Shown: positions 13,475 to 27,547 of the stretch, in pieces
Numbering within the stretch: position 1 is the stretch's first letter
How the letters are laid out: the number at the start of each line of letters is the position of its first letter
Translations under genes and position numbers: made by a program
The notes under the pieces: model-generated
What the model saw: the letters and a program-made list of their open reading frames with translations, nothing else
What the model was told of the DNA's origin: nothing
Databases searched by the model: none
Assembly: GCA_050084515.1 (NCBI GenBank)
Contig: CM114271.1
Span: 28,892,001-28,956,000, forward strand
Source: Blasia pusilla
Taxonomy: Eukaryota
DNA length: 64,000 bases
Reading direction: 5' to 3'

Positions 13475-14888
13475 CTAGTAAGGTGCTAATGCCATGCACG
13501 ATAAATTCAAAACCCAATTCAAATTGGAGAAACATTACAAAGCACACTTTTGGAATCCTCTTTTGGTGTGACGCTTATTGTGCTCGTTGAAATAAATACA
13601 TGCAATAATGAAAATTTTCTGTGTTTTTTAAAATACAAAGTCCATCACTATTTTTCTATCTTTATCCCTAGCCTCTCATGAGAACATGAGATTAAGAATA
13701 AAGGAGGGGAGGAGGCGATGGAAAAAAAGAGTGTAGGGATTAGTCCTCTCTATTTGTCAAAGGAATACATACACAAAAATAATAAAGACTAGTTGATAAT
13801 GCGTTTGGTAGTTGGATACTATGGGAAAATTAGGAAGATAGAAGGATCCTTTGATTCAAGAGTGGTGGTATGAAATCAATGGATTTTCTCTCTTCATAAG
13901 CCTAGGAGGGAAGAAGATAGATCCTCTCTAAGGAGCTTAAGCGAATCCAATTGGCCTAATACATTGTATGGATAGAATATTAATAGTTTATGTTCTTTTC
14001 GTAAAAGGTGCCCCTCCGTGCTAATCGGCTCATTGTGTGAAATATGTTGTATCATGAGGCCAATAACTTCAAAATAAATCCTCACGAATAGAGTTAAAGC
14101 ATCTCTGTTTTTATGGGCAAGTATACATATAACTAGGTGACATGTAGTTTACAAGGAGGAGATGTAAGAAATGAATAAAGTAGAGGATAAATCTTTTCCT
14201 CTTAAAAAATAGGAAGATGGGGGATTGGAGAAAGATGAAGTAGGGATATTTCATTTAAATTATTCTTCCAAAAGTAAATAAGTGAGAGGGATTGGACAAG
14301 GATTTTTTAATTTAAGTGAGACAAGATTTACACATTAGTGGTGAAGAAGCGGATTAAGGAGGGTGATGAAATTAATTTTCCAAAATAAGGAATTTGAATG
14401 TCTTGGGAAGTTTTTTCATTAAGAGAATTATTTTTCAATATAAGTCCTGATAGAAGAGAGAAGTGGAATGGGAGGGGAGGATGTTCCCAACAAAACAGAA
14501 AGGAAAGGCACACACAACATGGGGATGAGAGGATTTTAAAATTAAGAGGAGGAATACAAGAAAGATGAGAAGGGGAATTGATGTTTTTCATAACTAACTT
14601 GTTTAATTTTAGAAAAGTGCATACAAACTTATAAGAAAAAAGAATTAAATTACGTAATGATTTTACATATTTGAGTAATGAGGTATTGGAGGGGTTTAAA
14701 AAAATTAAATGACGAGGTGGGGAGGAGATCCTTAAATGAAGAGGTGGAAAACGATGACTTTAAAGGAGAATGTAATTTAAAGAAATAAACTTAAGATGCT
14801 TTGCACACACTCCATGGATACACGACTACTACTTTTAAAGGATAGATGATCTTTGGGCATCAAGAAATAAAATTTCTATAGGTAGAGA
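13475..14888 (-). mobile_element. Non-autonomous Helitron nested in opposite orientation
   Basis: Minus strand starts A|TCTCTACCTATAGAAATTTTATTTCTTGATGC (14888) and ends cgtgcatggcattagcaccttaCTAG|T (13475). The 5' end resembles the element at 24506 and the 3' end resembles the one at 20106. Confidence 0.7.
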
Positions 14889-16224
14889 TTTATCACAATA
14901 TGAAACTATGCACTAACATCTTATTACGGAAGAACTCCTTTCTTAAGTTTTCCATCTCTTTCGACACTTGACAAATGATATTTAAGAAACAAGACAAGGA
15001 CTTAAAGGACACATAGTCCTTCGAAAATAAAACTTCATTTTTATAAGCAAAAGCATGATATAAGATGGAATTATAATGTCCCATGCATGACACATATAAT
15101 ATACTAGTAGAATAAGTTATATATGTTGTGCCCAATACCATTGCATAGTAATGTGAGTGGACTAAGTCTTGTCCAGTCTAATCATAATTACTCACAATTG
15201 GCTTTCTTTTTAGCATGACCTCGAGCGTGACAAGTTACAAATCTATAGGTTTAAGAAATAGTATCGTCTTAATTTGCAAATCCTTCCTTGCTTAGCACAT
15301 AGTAGTGGGGCAACAAGAAAATATTCTTGTAGCACGTGCAATAATATTCTTTTGAATCTTTTGGTGCATGATTATTAGTCATATGTAGAGTAGTGGACGT
15401 AAACTATTAGTCTAAAGATATCCATTAGACAACTTAGATCATGTCTAGAGACAATGACCAACATGCCCTGATTTGTAAAGCAAATATGCCCAAGGAAATA
15501 TAACAAGAATTATGCAAATGATAATGATTCACATAAGTATCCATATTATTGCATTAACTTGACTTGTGCAATAGGAACAAAATAGTGACCTAATAAGAAG
15601 AAAATAGTAACATAATACTATTTTGTCCCTCCACCGCTTGTTAACTAACTAAGGTTTGAGAATATTATTATGTGCAAAATTTTGGGGGGTGAGAATAATA
15701 TTCTCATTCCTAGGAGAGGGGAAATGTTTCATTAATGATTGGAGTTTTATTTCGGGGAGGATTGGGTTGTTTATTAATGATCTCAACTTCACCTTTAAGC
15801 TCTAGATGTTATAATTATAATTTAGGAGCAAGGAATGGGAGTGGAGGTGTGAAGTGATTAATTGGCTTGGAAATTATTTTGACATGACAACACACTATTT
15901 AGTCAACAAGTCTTAACCATAAGTGACTAGCATTGCAACATTGCATCTATACTTAGGCATTCATATAATCATGCATTCTCCATTGCATATGGGACTCCTT
16001 AAATAAGTCAAATTAGTTTGTTGTTGCAGAGTGAACAAAGGAGATTATGAATCAATCATATATATACATACTTCATAATATAGTCAACTTTAATAATTGA
16101 AGAAAAATGCCCCACTTTTGGTAAGGACATAAAATCAGATATCACTCATAACTTATTTGAAATTTTTCAGGTAAAGCTTCATTCTAATTTTTGATATTAA
16201 AGCTTCATCATGTCTTTATAGGAG

Positions 16225-17990
16225 TTTTTTTTTTACGGTTTTTGTGGAATAGAGAAAACATTCATGTACAATCTCCTTCTAACAAGTATGTAATGTCAAG
16301 GAGGTATCGTATTTGTTGTTGCCTCATCAAGAAAAATAACTTTGTTGTTGAAAGGAGGTCGTACAAGTCATTCTCGCTTTAAGATTTTTGTTAACATGGA
16401 TAAAAGTTCTACTTGCAAGTTAGAACCAAAGCCATCTTGTGAGGTTGCAAATATAAGATTCATTACTTTGTTGGATTTCTTTCTAGATTATAATTAACTT
16501 CATTACATCTTGTATGATATCAGTTGATAGTGATGAGGCACATATCATCCAAAATGCAAAGCTTATTACATAGGATGACGCACCTATGATTCATTGTCAA
16601 GTCATTAAGACTGTCAATCGTACATTACAAGATATATTGGAGTTGGTATCTAATGATTTTAGAGAGTTATCATTAGGCGGAAAGCTTATCTCTTTTGGCG
16701 GAGAATTTCATCAAATTCTTCATGTTGTTCGTTGTGGAGATTATTTGTAAATTTTGAAAGTCATAAATGAGAAGTATTATAAATTGTGGAAGCCATAGAA
16801 GTCCTTTATGTTGTTCGTTGTGGAGATCGTTTGTAAATTTAACTGATTCCCTTTATAGTCCCATGTGAGGATGATGAAACTTACAATGAATATGAGAGTC
16901 CAAATTTGGAAGGAAAAATATTTATTTGCTTTGTAAGTATTCATTAAAGTTTGTATAGTAGCAATTTTTTTTCCATATCCAATTAAGGTTGTTGGTTCTT
17001 TGCAAGTCCTACAAATGAATCTAATAGATTTTGCAAATTAGTTGTTAGAGGTTGGAGAGGGTTTTCTTCCTTTCCATTTGGATTTGGGGGATGATATGAT
17101 TCATTTCCAGATAATATGATATCTAAAACTATCAATATCAACAATTTCATTATTATCTTCTATGAGATTGATTTTGAATAGTTTCAAGACATTAATTTTT
17201 AGAAGGATACAGCAAATTTAACACCTAGAAATAAAGATGTGGATAATTTAAATATAGAAGTTATGTTTGGATTTTATGGAAAAGTTAATATTAAAAAAAT
17301 CATTAATTCTTGGATTATTGCAACCCCAAATATAGCAAGATTTTTTAAATAGTAGTTTGTAGTTGTGCCACAACATCCCTTTCATCAGACTATGCTCTCA
17401 CATCCAGCGCTACAATTGGTTTTAAAAATATAACTTTTTCTAATTTTAGAAATTTATGAATAATTTTAGAAATACAATATGCATTTTGGTAAGTGGGAGA
17501 TGCCTTATTGAGAGGGGGTGAGGAAATGGGGAAAGAGCCGCACATTAGTTTATGAAAATGATGCATATGCCTTCAAGATACTTACATGCATTCAGATGGT
17601 ATCTATAGGAGTATATTTATATATGTGCGGATTCAAATTTATATGAGGGGATGTCTCATATTTATCCAATAGAGTTCTCAATACGTGCTTATCTTCAAGA
17701 CTATCATAATTTTTGTTTTTCTCAAATATTGGGCCATCAATCATATTATCGAAAGTATGAATGGAGCAAAAGGACAAGCTAATGGGACACGACTAGTGAT
17801 TGACACATTTGTGTCACATGTGATAGATGTTGAGATCATTATAGGGAGAAATATTGAGTTTTCATCCTAATCATTCTTTTGAATGCATCTTATTCATGCT
17901 TATCTTTTGATCTTCATAACTCTCAATTTGCTATCCGTCGTACTATTGCTACGATTATTCACAAGTCTCGCCATCAAAGTTTTAAATTGG
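16225..17990 (+). pseudogene. Helitron PIF1-family helicase, heavily decayed
   Basis: Manual translation gives PIF1 motifs in order: FYGFCGIEKTFMY (Walker A GxGGTGKT-like), VVASSRKITLLLKGGRTSHSRFKI, KLIT*DDAPM (DEAPM), LGGKLISFGGEFHQILHVV (GDFRQILPVV), FAN*LLEVGEG, NLTPRNKDVDNLN, NGTRLVI, QFAIRRTIATIIHKSRHQS (QFP..FAMTINKSQGQS). Many stops and frameshifts. Confidence 0.88.
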
Positions 17991-18833
17991 GCACCCACAA
18001 TTATCCCAAGGGGGCTTTCGCGGGCTCTTTATGAGAAATAGGTAGCCCTTTACCTTCCCACTATGGTACTCCCCACGGGCTCCAAATTCCTCGCTCCTCT
18101 CTCTTCCCACTCATTTCTGGTGATATGTAGGAGAGTTTGGACCCCTCAATGCATCTTAGTGTAAAATTTGCTGGTCCTCTTCTTCCATAAACACTTCTAT
18201 CCATTGTTTTTCTCCACACTTCCCGAAGAATTCCCGGTAGGCATTCCCGTCAGCCTCATTTCTCCCTCCAGTTGATGCGCGCGTTTAGCCGGAGTCTAGC
18301 TAGTCAAATTAGAGACAGTTGATGTTAGCGGACGTTGTGGGGAACCAACGCCGACAAACCTCGGGGCATCCTCGGACCGATGGGGATCGAATAGTGACAG
18401 AGCGGTAAGTTCGGAGGGTGGTGAAAACAGATGACTGGTCGGTAATTACGGGGTGTGGTGAATCATCCGCAGCGCCGCTCGGGAATATGCTTCCTGTGCA
18501 ATATCTTTGTCTTCAGCGGTTGTCACTCGCCATTTGTCAGGAAGGAAAAGCGGAAGGAAGCGCAGTTAAAGTCCACGGCTTCCGTGCGATCTCGTTAGGC
18601 GAGTCCAACCTTTCTCCTCCACAAGGGTCAGAAGGGTCTATCTGCGCACTGCGATACAGATCTATTACGTCTGTGTGTGTGTGTTTCGTTTTCCGATTTG
18701 TGTTGGCTTTGGGTCGAGGAGGACGACGTTCAGGGTGTCGAGGCTTTCTCATTGCCTAGATCGCTTGTTGTGTCTGTTGTTGTGGTCGCGACGGAGACGG
18801 AGGAGGACACGGGATTTATGAGAAGAAGGAGCC

Positions 18834-21800
18834 ATGAAGTTTCTCGAATACACCCCGCTTGCACGGTACTGAGGACGGATCCTGGTTCTCCTTGTCTTGT
18901 TGCTTGAGAGTTCAATTCCGGTCGCGGAAAGGCGTGCGAGGTGTTTGGGAACCTGTAGAAACAAATTGTGGTGAGCTTGCTCGACGTGGACAATGTACGA
19001 GGTCACGATGGTTGTTGCCACGTCGTGAAATTTGGTGCAGCGAGTTCACTTTGATTATTTGTGTGGATGCTTATCGAGTGAGACCTTCATTTGTTCCGAC
19101 ATTTTCTCCTGTCAATGAAGAGTTTCATTGACATAGCTCTCTGCGTCTCTTCCCTGGTGTAATTGTGCAGAATAAACGCTTTCTTGTCCCATGTCAATCT
19201 TGGCGACTGCCTCATACAAGGAGCTCTGGAGGCTTACTCCTGTAAGTTTGCAATCGCTGGATACCGTTGAGGTCGCGAATTTGTACTTCTGTCAAGGTTC
19301 TTCAATACTTTTTTCCTCTGTCGACAGTTCGATAAATGCTCCCAATCTTCACGGCAGCATCACATGGCGTGTGATTGGCTTGACGTGCGGGCCATGCTAC
19401 AATAGTACTGAACATTGTCCTGGGGACTTCCGTTTCCGTCGTGAAACCTCGATCTATTAGTTACGCCTGCGGAAGATATTTTTCCCAGTAACACTGACGA
19501 ACATTTAGTGTGGTGTACGAATTGCCTTCCGCGACGTGTCTTGGAAGTGATTGTTTTACCCGGCGGAACCGTAAAAGTTTCCCCAACTTTTGAGATGCCA
19601 GTATGAAAGCTCCAGTTAGAGCTTCCACGAGGATGCGACCTTTACCCTCCCATGTACTCTTTGTTCAGTCCCGTCTTCTTTCTTCTCGCTGATTATCTTT
19701 CTGAACTGGCCGGGAATAGTTGTCCCGTGAGCCTGCTGCTTCTGATCGTGATTCGTCAAGCTTACTATACCCCAAAAACTGTGACGCTTAATGGCCCGGC
19801 TCCTTAAGGCGGGCAGAGTTTGGAGCGTAGAGATCGTGCGGCCACGCTATTCGGTTATTTTTAGGAAAGGTACTGAATGTATGTGGGTTTGGGAAATGTT
19901 TCATAAACAACCTCTATTATCATGGAGTGCCTTCTTGATTTGCAAACACCTCTCTTTCGACACATAGCAACTCGGCAGAAAAAAATGTCTCACACGCTAC
20001 GGGCAACAAGAAAAAAATTTGAATCCCTTCCTTTCACGGGCTGTACACTAATGAAAACTCTCTAAACATTTCATTATTCCTATGCATCGCACGGGCACCG
20101 TACTAGTATTAGAAGATGGTACTGCGATCCAAACGTTGGACGATGTCCTAAAAATCCTGAGAATGCAGCCGTTGTGTCGTAAATTGGTCCCTGGTTGGTC
20201 TCCAAGTACCGATTATTGTTTTCGGTTTACCGAGCTTTGGTAAATGAAATCACGGGTTGACGGTGGAAATACTTGACCTATGTAGGCAAACTGGCAGGCA
20301 TGGACAAAAAGCTGTCCCGGAGTTTAGAGCAAGAGGTCAGTAAACTTCTTCCTCCCTATCACCATTTTAGCTGGAATTCTCTTCTCTCTCAACATTCTAG
20401 GAATAAGAGTCCATGTATCTGGCGTTAAGATTGGCAATGTTTTCTTCCATTGATAAGGCCATCCTAGCTTACGCAAGAGGTATTGCTCTAAAAGTCTCTC
20501 CTATGCTTAACACGCACCTTGTCCCACTTAGTGCGATTTTGGCTTCTTTCTATCATAATCCGTAAGGCATATGTGGACGTCGTCATGGCCAAGGACCATG
20601 CTTTGGTCGGTTTTTTTAAGCCTTTTGGCCAAGACTAATTTGCTTTATGAGGTTTGCTCGTCACAGGTTCTGGATTCGCTTTCATTTCTACCATCGAGTC
20701 TCTCGACATCTCCTGTTGGACCTCTTTCTAGCTCAGCAAGGTGCACCTTTCTGTCCGAAAATTACAATTGACCTCTTCTTAGAACTTACAACCATGCTTA
20801 TCACAAACTTGATTTGTACGTATGATGTGTAGAGGTTTGCTTCACCATGTTTGGAGTTGTAGACTTACCTTAAAATTTGATGCTTTACCAATATAGAATA
20901 ATCACAAGTTGGTTTGTGTTTGTGTTTTGCAGCCGGAAGACATTGATATACCTCATCCTTACTTTGAACCACATGTATCCAGACTACGACTTTAGGTTTG
21001 GACAGCTACTCCTGTTACTTCGTCTGACGGCATGCATTTCCTTCGAGATTATGTGGGTATGAAAGAAGTCGGGTTTGAATCTTCTTTTTGGACTCCTTCA
21101 GACAGGGCTAGGGTTTTCTCCGGGTAATGCTTTGCAAGCTTGAACAGCTGCTTAGCAACCTGACGTTTTGAGGGATGGAAATAGGAATTGTTGTCAAGGG
21201 TTGACAGGCGGTGAAAAACCGTTGCTCCTATTTGGAGCTGAGAGTTCAAATCTCTCCATTTCCTATTTTTCTCAGTGAGTTCGTGAAGCAGAGTTTACTG
21301 AGAATTTTTACAGATACAGGGAGCTCTAGTGCAGAGGGATATCATACCGCCAGAGATTTGAGGTGAGGACTATCAGCTGTGGAGCTCAACATAAATTCTG
21401 CTAAGGAATGTGGGAGAGTTCATTCCACGCCTGACACTTTATCATCTACCCTTCTTGTGCTTCACTTCATAAGACAACTCTTGTCCAACAAAAGTATGTC
21501 ATGAGCTCTGCTGTTGCTGTAAAAAATCCTCACCTTGTAAGACAATACTGCTCTTCTGAGTTAGTAAATGCCTTCCTCCCTCCTTTGTAACTTAAGTGTT
21601 GCGAAGGTTTTAGGCGGAGCATCTTGGTCCCCTGGCAACTCCCTCTCTCAAGAGGACTTTGGTACAACTTTTGTCCACCAAACTTTACTATGGCATCATG
21701 CCTCTCAGTGATGGGCTTCAAGTGTATTCTTCCTGTCTCATCCTCAGCAAAGATTTTCTTGCATGAAAGGAAATTGAAGCAGTATAGCCAAGCTGATAGG

Positions 21801-23606
21801 CTGACAAAAACGCAAGTCAAAGTTCAATTTCATTAGTGGTATTTCTGTTGTGCGTACAGGTTATAGAGAGCGGGCGAGGTTCTGCATATGCGTATTTTGG
21901 GTCTCCTAGACTTGTATGTTCTGTGGAAGTGATTCGGTTGTAGTATATCATGTGGATGTGAACCCCTCGTCTATGCCTTGGAGTGTGATGAGTCTCACCC
22001 CAGTTTTAGCTGGGGGTGCTCGTCCCCTTTTGGATTTTAGTGTCTAGGGCTTGTCTGGACAAGCTCGGTCATAGCAACTTATGTATCCCGGAGGTGCATA
22101 TCTTTCTACAGGTTGTTTGTCTTGCAATTACACCCTTAATACAAAAGCACTTATTGTGGAACTGACACATAGAATTAATTCTCTGCAGGAGCCAATGATT
22201 ATTATACATATCATGTCTGTCTAAAGTGTACAGACTTCATTATACATTACCAAATGAACGTAACCTCCTCAAGTTTTGGCAATTGGCTTGTATACATGTG
22301 ATAGATGGTGAACACTAGATTGAATTTAGTCTGTCCTGATGGTAACTTTAGTCTCACATCCATCCCTCATGTTGCCCTTGGGTTTGCTATTTGTAAACAG
22401 CATGTTGCGGGCTCATCATTTTTCTAAAGAGCATGGGCTGTGTGCTGCAAAGCAGAAAATAGAGCATCTAATGCTCGAAGCTTCCAAGGTAGTATAGTCC
22501 TTTCATTCTGAACAAGTAAGCTGTATATTTGTAAGCTTGATGCTTAGAGCTGCTTGTAAAAGTAGCTAGTACTGAATTTTCTTCTCCTTATTACATCTAC
22601 TGCTAAATAGGTAATGTTGAATGCGATACACATATTCTCAGTGACGAAAACCTGGGGAAAGATCTTTCGTGATAAGGCTTCAAAAGTAAAGATGGATCTG
22701 GTCTATTACTTTTGTTTGCCACCTCTAGGACTACACTTTCACTATCCTTCGTTTTGAAATGCTCTAGTGATTGAGGTTTCCAGAACACTTTCAATTTTGT
22801 TGTGGTCATTGGTGAAAGAGTTACCTAAGTGCTATCAGTCTTCATTCTTATAAGATTTGCATGAGGCACAGATTTGGGCGACAGAGGTGGGAGAAGAAAC
22901 GCCCCTCATGGATTGTCTATGGACAGCCATTGATGAGGTATTTTCTGTGTGAATACCAATGGTCACATTTCATTTGTTCAAAACTGCCCGCAGAGTATCT
23001 AACGAAGTGTGATAGGTTTGAAGTTTCTGCTCATAGTCTACATATTTGGTTTCAGGTAATGGAGCTTGGAGACTGTGATGTGTATTGCTGTGTACCTGAC
23101 TTCGAGGGAGATCCATTTGCTGACAGGGGAAGCATGTAAGTTTAGTGATCTGCCTCTTACTGATGTGAAGGATCCTGAATCTGTCCCTGTGTTCCTTTGC
23201 TAGCTTCATTAGTGTGGAATTAGCACTAAGCTATCACCATATCAGTGGATCTTCTGCTCTCTTGATGCACTTTGGGTCAGCTTCATTTCATCAGTCTCTG
23301 GAGGTTTTTTGATGTGCACAGATGGTCATTCAATTACTTCTTCTACAGCAAGAAGTTGAAGCGTATCTTATGCTTCAGCTGTCGATGCCTGAGGTACATT
23401 TGTGAATTCTGTGTTTGGTATAAACTTTACTAAGATTCCTGGGATTATGGTGACAGCCTGTTCTAAGTTTCAATTCTTGAGAAGTAGTCGGAATATGAAC
23501 TTGTTTGGTTGTTTACAGTAAAACGGCAGTGGACGACTACCCTATTGATGATGATTTGAGCGAAGAAGAATTCGAGTTTGTACAGGGCATGGATTTGGAG
23601 GATTAA
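18834..23606 (+). CDS. MAF1: Repressor of RNA polymerase III transcription MAF1, 10 exons, ~227 aa. Exons: 18834-18865, 19171-19241, 20286-20335, 20667-20740, 20933-20995, 22401-22488, 22872-22937, 23056-23135, 23322-23393, 23519-23606
   Basis: GT-AG spliced 684-nt frame: MKFLEYTPLARINAFLSHVNLGDCLIQGALEAYSCKLAGMDKKLSRSLEQE...SPVGPLSSSASRKTLIYLILTLNHMYPDYDFS...LWTAIDEVMELGDCDVY...DPF..GSIWSFNYFFYSKKLKRIL plus an acidic tail. These are the Maf1 boxes (PDYDFS, WSFNYFFYxKKLKR). Confidence 0.96.
19761..20106 (+). mobile_element. Short non-autonomous Helitron in MAF1 intron 2
   Basis: Clear 3' end cctatgcatcgcacgggcaccgtaCTAG|T (hairpin plus CTAG, 20079-20107). The 5' end (cttactatacccc, ~19761) is approximate. 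Confidence 0.6.
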
Positions 23607-23763
23607 GATGTTGAGATTGCACCTCCTTTGTACAGAAAATAGATCTTGTATATTGAAGTTCATTGTGTACCACAAGGATGGGAAATAGTCATGAAAGATT
23701 GTGACATAGTATCCAACCCAAATTTTCCTGCATACTGGATGCGGTTGGTGTGTTATCTGAAAT

Positions 23764-23865
23764 CATAGGTAGACAGGATAGCAAGGATCTGTTTGGGAAG
23801 TATATCCAAAGCGCCATAGGTAGACAGGAGAACGAAGATCTTTTGGGGATGCATATCCAAACCTC
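23764..23865. repeat. Diverged 51-bp tandem duplication downstream of the MAF1 stop
   Basis: cataggtagacaggatagcaaggatctgtttgggaagtatatccaaagcgc versus cataggtagacaggagaacgaagatcttttggggatgcatatccaaacctc. Confidence 0.85.
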
Positions 23866-24505
23866 CATGTTCTTGGACATGCGGTTCGGTCGTGAGGGGT
23901 GTATGGGTCAATGCATGAAGGAGTCACACTTAACAGGGAACGACTTGTTCTCTTTAACTGCCTTCTGCATTTTTTCCTGGAAACAGCCAGCAAATGATTA
24001 ATTGTATATGGCGTTAAAGATGTGCTTTGGGTATTCTCTGGCATCTTTGTAATCTGGTGTATTGATGGGAGTATGAAAAAACGAATGAATGGGTCCATTT
24101 GACCCAGTCAAAACGATGTGAAATCAGCCACTGGGCACGGTTTTGATGGTATTCTTGTACTTCGCTGCGGAAACCAGCACCAGTTTATTGTGGAAACTTG
24201 CGCATCTGTTTGATAGTACATAGCCAATGACGTATGCGACCAAACTCTCCGACAGCAGCTTTCAAAATTACGAGCGATCAAAGTCTCTTGCCTTGGCTGT
24301 GCACGAGAACAGCATGAGACACTTAAAACGGCCGAAACGGTCGACTCCTTATGGTCCTTTTCTTCTCCACGCATGCGGCTATTTGGGATTTAGAGAATCA
24401 GGAGAAGCTCCTACGCGAGGCTGGTGATATTCTTCGAGCTTTCGAGTGTTACAATCTTTATAACTTACCTCCAAAGGCAACCAAAAAGTATTTCAGCAAC
24501 TTGAA

Positions 24506-26342
24506 TCATACTACTTATACTAAAATTTATTTGTTGATGCGCCCATAGTAGGGCACGATGTGATAGAAATTCTGACCTTATGGAGAACAGCTATGAAATT
24601 CTTAATTCATAACTGTAAGTAATTCATCCTCATTAACGACTTTCTAATCTTTCACCCCTTATAACAGGAAAACAAGTTTCCACCCTTTCACTTCTTTATT
24701 CATCTTAAGCAAATCCTTCCAACTTAAACAAAGTAATACGTTTTGTTCTTTAAATTAAAAAAAAAACTAAAATAGAAATTTAACCCTCCTTCCATGGTCC
24801 TCATTTTAAATGTTCACCATAACCTATTTTGTATGGGGTCATAGGGGAGAGGTTTTATTTGGTCATCGTCTCCAATTGAAAAATGAGTTGTCTTTTTTTA
24901 TTACATTAAAATTTTTTTTTACTGAAGACAACGAATCATTATAGTTTGGCATTGAGGCCAAACAAATGGGATTTTGAGGCGACGTGGGATAGTTAGAGAC
25001 CATCTTAGTGGTAGTCATGTTTCTCTTGGCCCGATGACTGATTTTGTCTTTGCTATTGGTGAGTTTAAGCCTTGTTATTCTTGGGACGGATGCGACTTTC
25101 ACGTACTCAACTCTTTGAGTCCCCTAGTATGCATACTTTCTCTTTCCTTAATCTAGTCATTTTCCATGACCTAAATGGATTCCCTTACAAAAACCCCCTA
25201 TAATTTTTTCCTAATGCAATTCCATGAGTGAGATGATTGGAAATGAAAAGACTCAATTACAGAAGTTGATAACATGAATTTAGTATACACATTATGAGTT
25301 TCTAAAATTTAATATTTAAAAATTTGACAAAAAATAGTAAAGATAGATTTCTTTATTATTGCATTTAACTTGGCTTGTGAAAACAACTTCATATATTTTC
25401 CTTTATTAATTCGAGAAAAAAAAGTCATTCCTTTTTCAATCCCCATATTTCAATTAATGAAAGAAAATTATTCATTTCGATCAATTTTTTGGGACAAAAT
25501 ACAGATTAAATTTTTCTCCCAATTAAGCTTTGAAAATTGAAAATAATATACCATTAAAATTTATTTCATGATTTTGAAGAATAATTCTTGTCCAAGTTCA
25601 TTTTTATTATCCTTTTTCATTTTTTTCCCAAAATAGGAATTAAGTTCACCTCCAAACAAAACTTGAAAATTATTTTTTGTATGAATGATTTTGGCACCGG
25701 CCTTCCAAAACTAATTTTAAAATTTCAAAGGACAAAAGATAATGAACAGGTAGGAGGCTTTCGAAGATTTCATTAGGAATTTTAATAATTATATAAAATT
25801 TTTAATTAAATTTTAAATAATAAAATTAGATAATTATTAAAATATTAATAAAAAAATTTAAACCTCTATGAAAAAATTTCGCATATGATACTCTTTCATT
25901 AGTTCTCAAAATGAGTTTACTAACGGCCCTAATATCATGATGTCATTAGTTTAAATTATTTTCAAAATCCTGTTCTAATTTCCATATTTTTTAGTTTGCA
26001 TGAATTTTCCTATTGAATTAAAAAAAACTTTTGTGTGAAAGTTGAGGTTTAAATGAAATGAGTTCATTTCCTCATTTGACATTCTCCAAGGGGTGTTGCA
26101 TATCACAACTCTATTTCCGTTTGTCCACAACATGAAAAGAATGGTGCACTAGTATTGCCCACCTCTATATTATTATGGGAGAGTGCACTTGTACGAGGTG
26201 CCTTCCCTTCCGATGACACTTTTTTTTTGGCCTCTAATTGACTGACATGTGTTGTTCTCCCCACTCACCTCTTTTGAAACTCGAGCCTTTGTCTTCTTGA
26301 GCTAATTTTCATTCACCCCGTGGGAACAAGGGCACAAGCTAG
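24506..26342 (+). mobile_element. Non-autonomous AT-rich Helitron
   Basis: 5' A|TCATACTACTTATACTAAAATTTATTTGTTGATGC, similar to the 5' end at 14888(-). 3' ccccgtgggaacaagggcacaagCTAG|T at 26316-26343. Confidence 0.7.
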
Positions 26343-27547
26343 TAGTGGTGGTGACTACCCCTTCCCTTTTAATTTTTTTAAAACCGGCTACAACCGTCCG
26401 CTAGGTTCCCACTACTAACAGAATGGGAAATGCTAAATTTCAATATAAATGCTTGATGGACAACCCATCATAGATACAAAAGAGCGGGGCAAGAGAAAAA
26501 CCCAGAGGCCAAAACCGGCCCTGAAAATAAAGAAAGGGGTTTTACCCTACCGACCAAACTACAAAGACAATTTTAGCAACACTTAGAATCCGGTACGTGA
26601 AGACCGGAAAGAGGACATTCCTTACGGTTACACAACAATTAGAAACAACTATCAATAAATAACCCTCTAGCACCCATGTCTTTCACACCCGAAACAAAAC
26701 GGTTCCCTAAAGACTAACTAGACCTATCAACCTACACCCCATAAACCCATACATGAAATCCAGTGAAATGGACTTCTTTCACCTCGGGCAGAAGAGCCTC
26801 CCGGGTACGGGGTAGGACTCATCACTTTTGTTCCACGCAGGAGAGTAATGCGAGTGCTATGGATGGAGTCGGAGCGGCGCCGTGTCGGAGGTCAGCTTCT
26901 TTAGATTACTTCCGATGCAATCTGAACGACGTAGGTCGTCACCTGACAATGCCCTCCACTTCCTTTGACAGAGTTCGAAAATAATCACTAGTGCAAGTCT
27001 GATGAGAGTGCGTAGGGATGGTCTTGTGTGGACTGAAAGTAGTGCTTGCCTGGCCCTCCTTACTCTCTTCGTAATTCTCTAGGCTTCGGCACTTGTCGGG
27101 TCGAACGCTAAGTATCCCCTGTACCTCTTTCTCGAGATTTCTGAAAAGTGTCGTTCTTCCGTGAAAGGAACCAACGTTCATTTCGGATTTGCACAGCGTC
27201 GAGTTCAAATTTGCTTAGTTTATGGATTTGGTCACCCTTTGAAGATCGGTGAGGTGTGCGGTAGACCAAGATATCACTGAGTTTTCGAGCTGTGCAGTTC
27301 TGAATCTTGGTTGATCGGGAAAATTGGTGTTCTCTGCTTTTTCTAGTCTTCTGTCTTTTGTATCTTCGATGTGTTCATGAACACAGCCAATGCTGTGTGT
27401 TGGAGACTAAAAGTAGTCAGAAATTGAAGTGGAAGTCCTCACGAAGGTCTGCGGGGTCAGTAGGAAAGCTACAATTGTGGAATTCTGGATATAAGAATGC
27501 TTAGAGAGAAAGTTATATGAGAAAGTTAGATAGTTGGATAGGTGGCG

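Larger units (their letters stand above)
10962..18303 (+). mobile_element. Decayed Helitron (probably composite) with PIF1 helicase remnant and nested insertions
   Basis: 5' end A|TCTATATTACTAAAA at 10962. 3' end is a GC-rich degenerate hairpin gcgcgcgtttagccgg followed by CTAG|T at 18300-18304. Helicase remnant inside at 16.2-18.0 kb. Pairing of these exact ends is inferred. Confidence 0.6.

Noticed and set aside
388-23606. METTL13 and MAF1 as a translation-control gene cluster
   Set aside because: They are 10 kb apart with TEs between. Adjacency of two housekeeping genes is not evidence of a system without synteny data.
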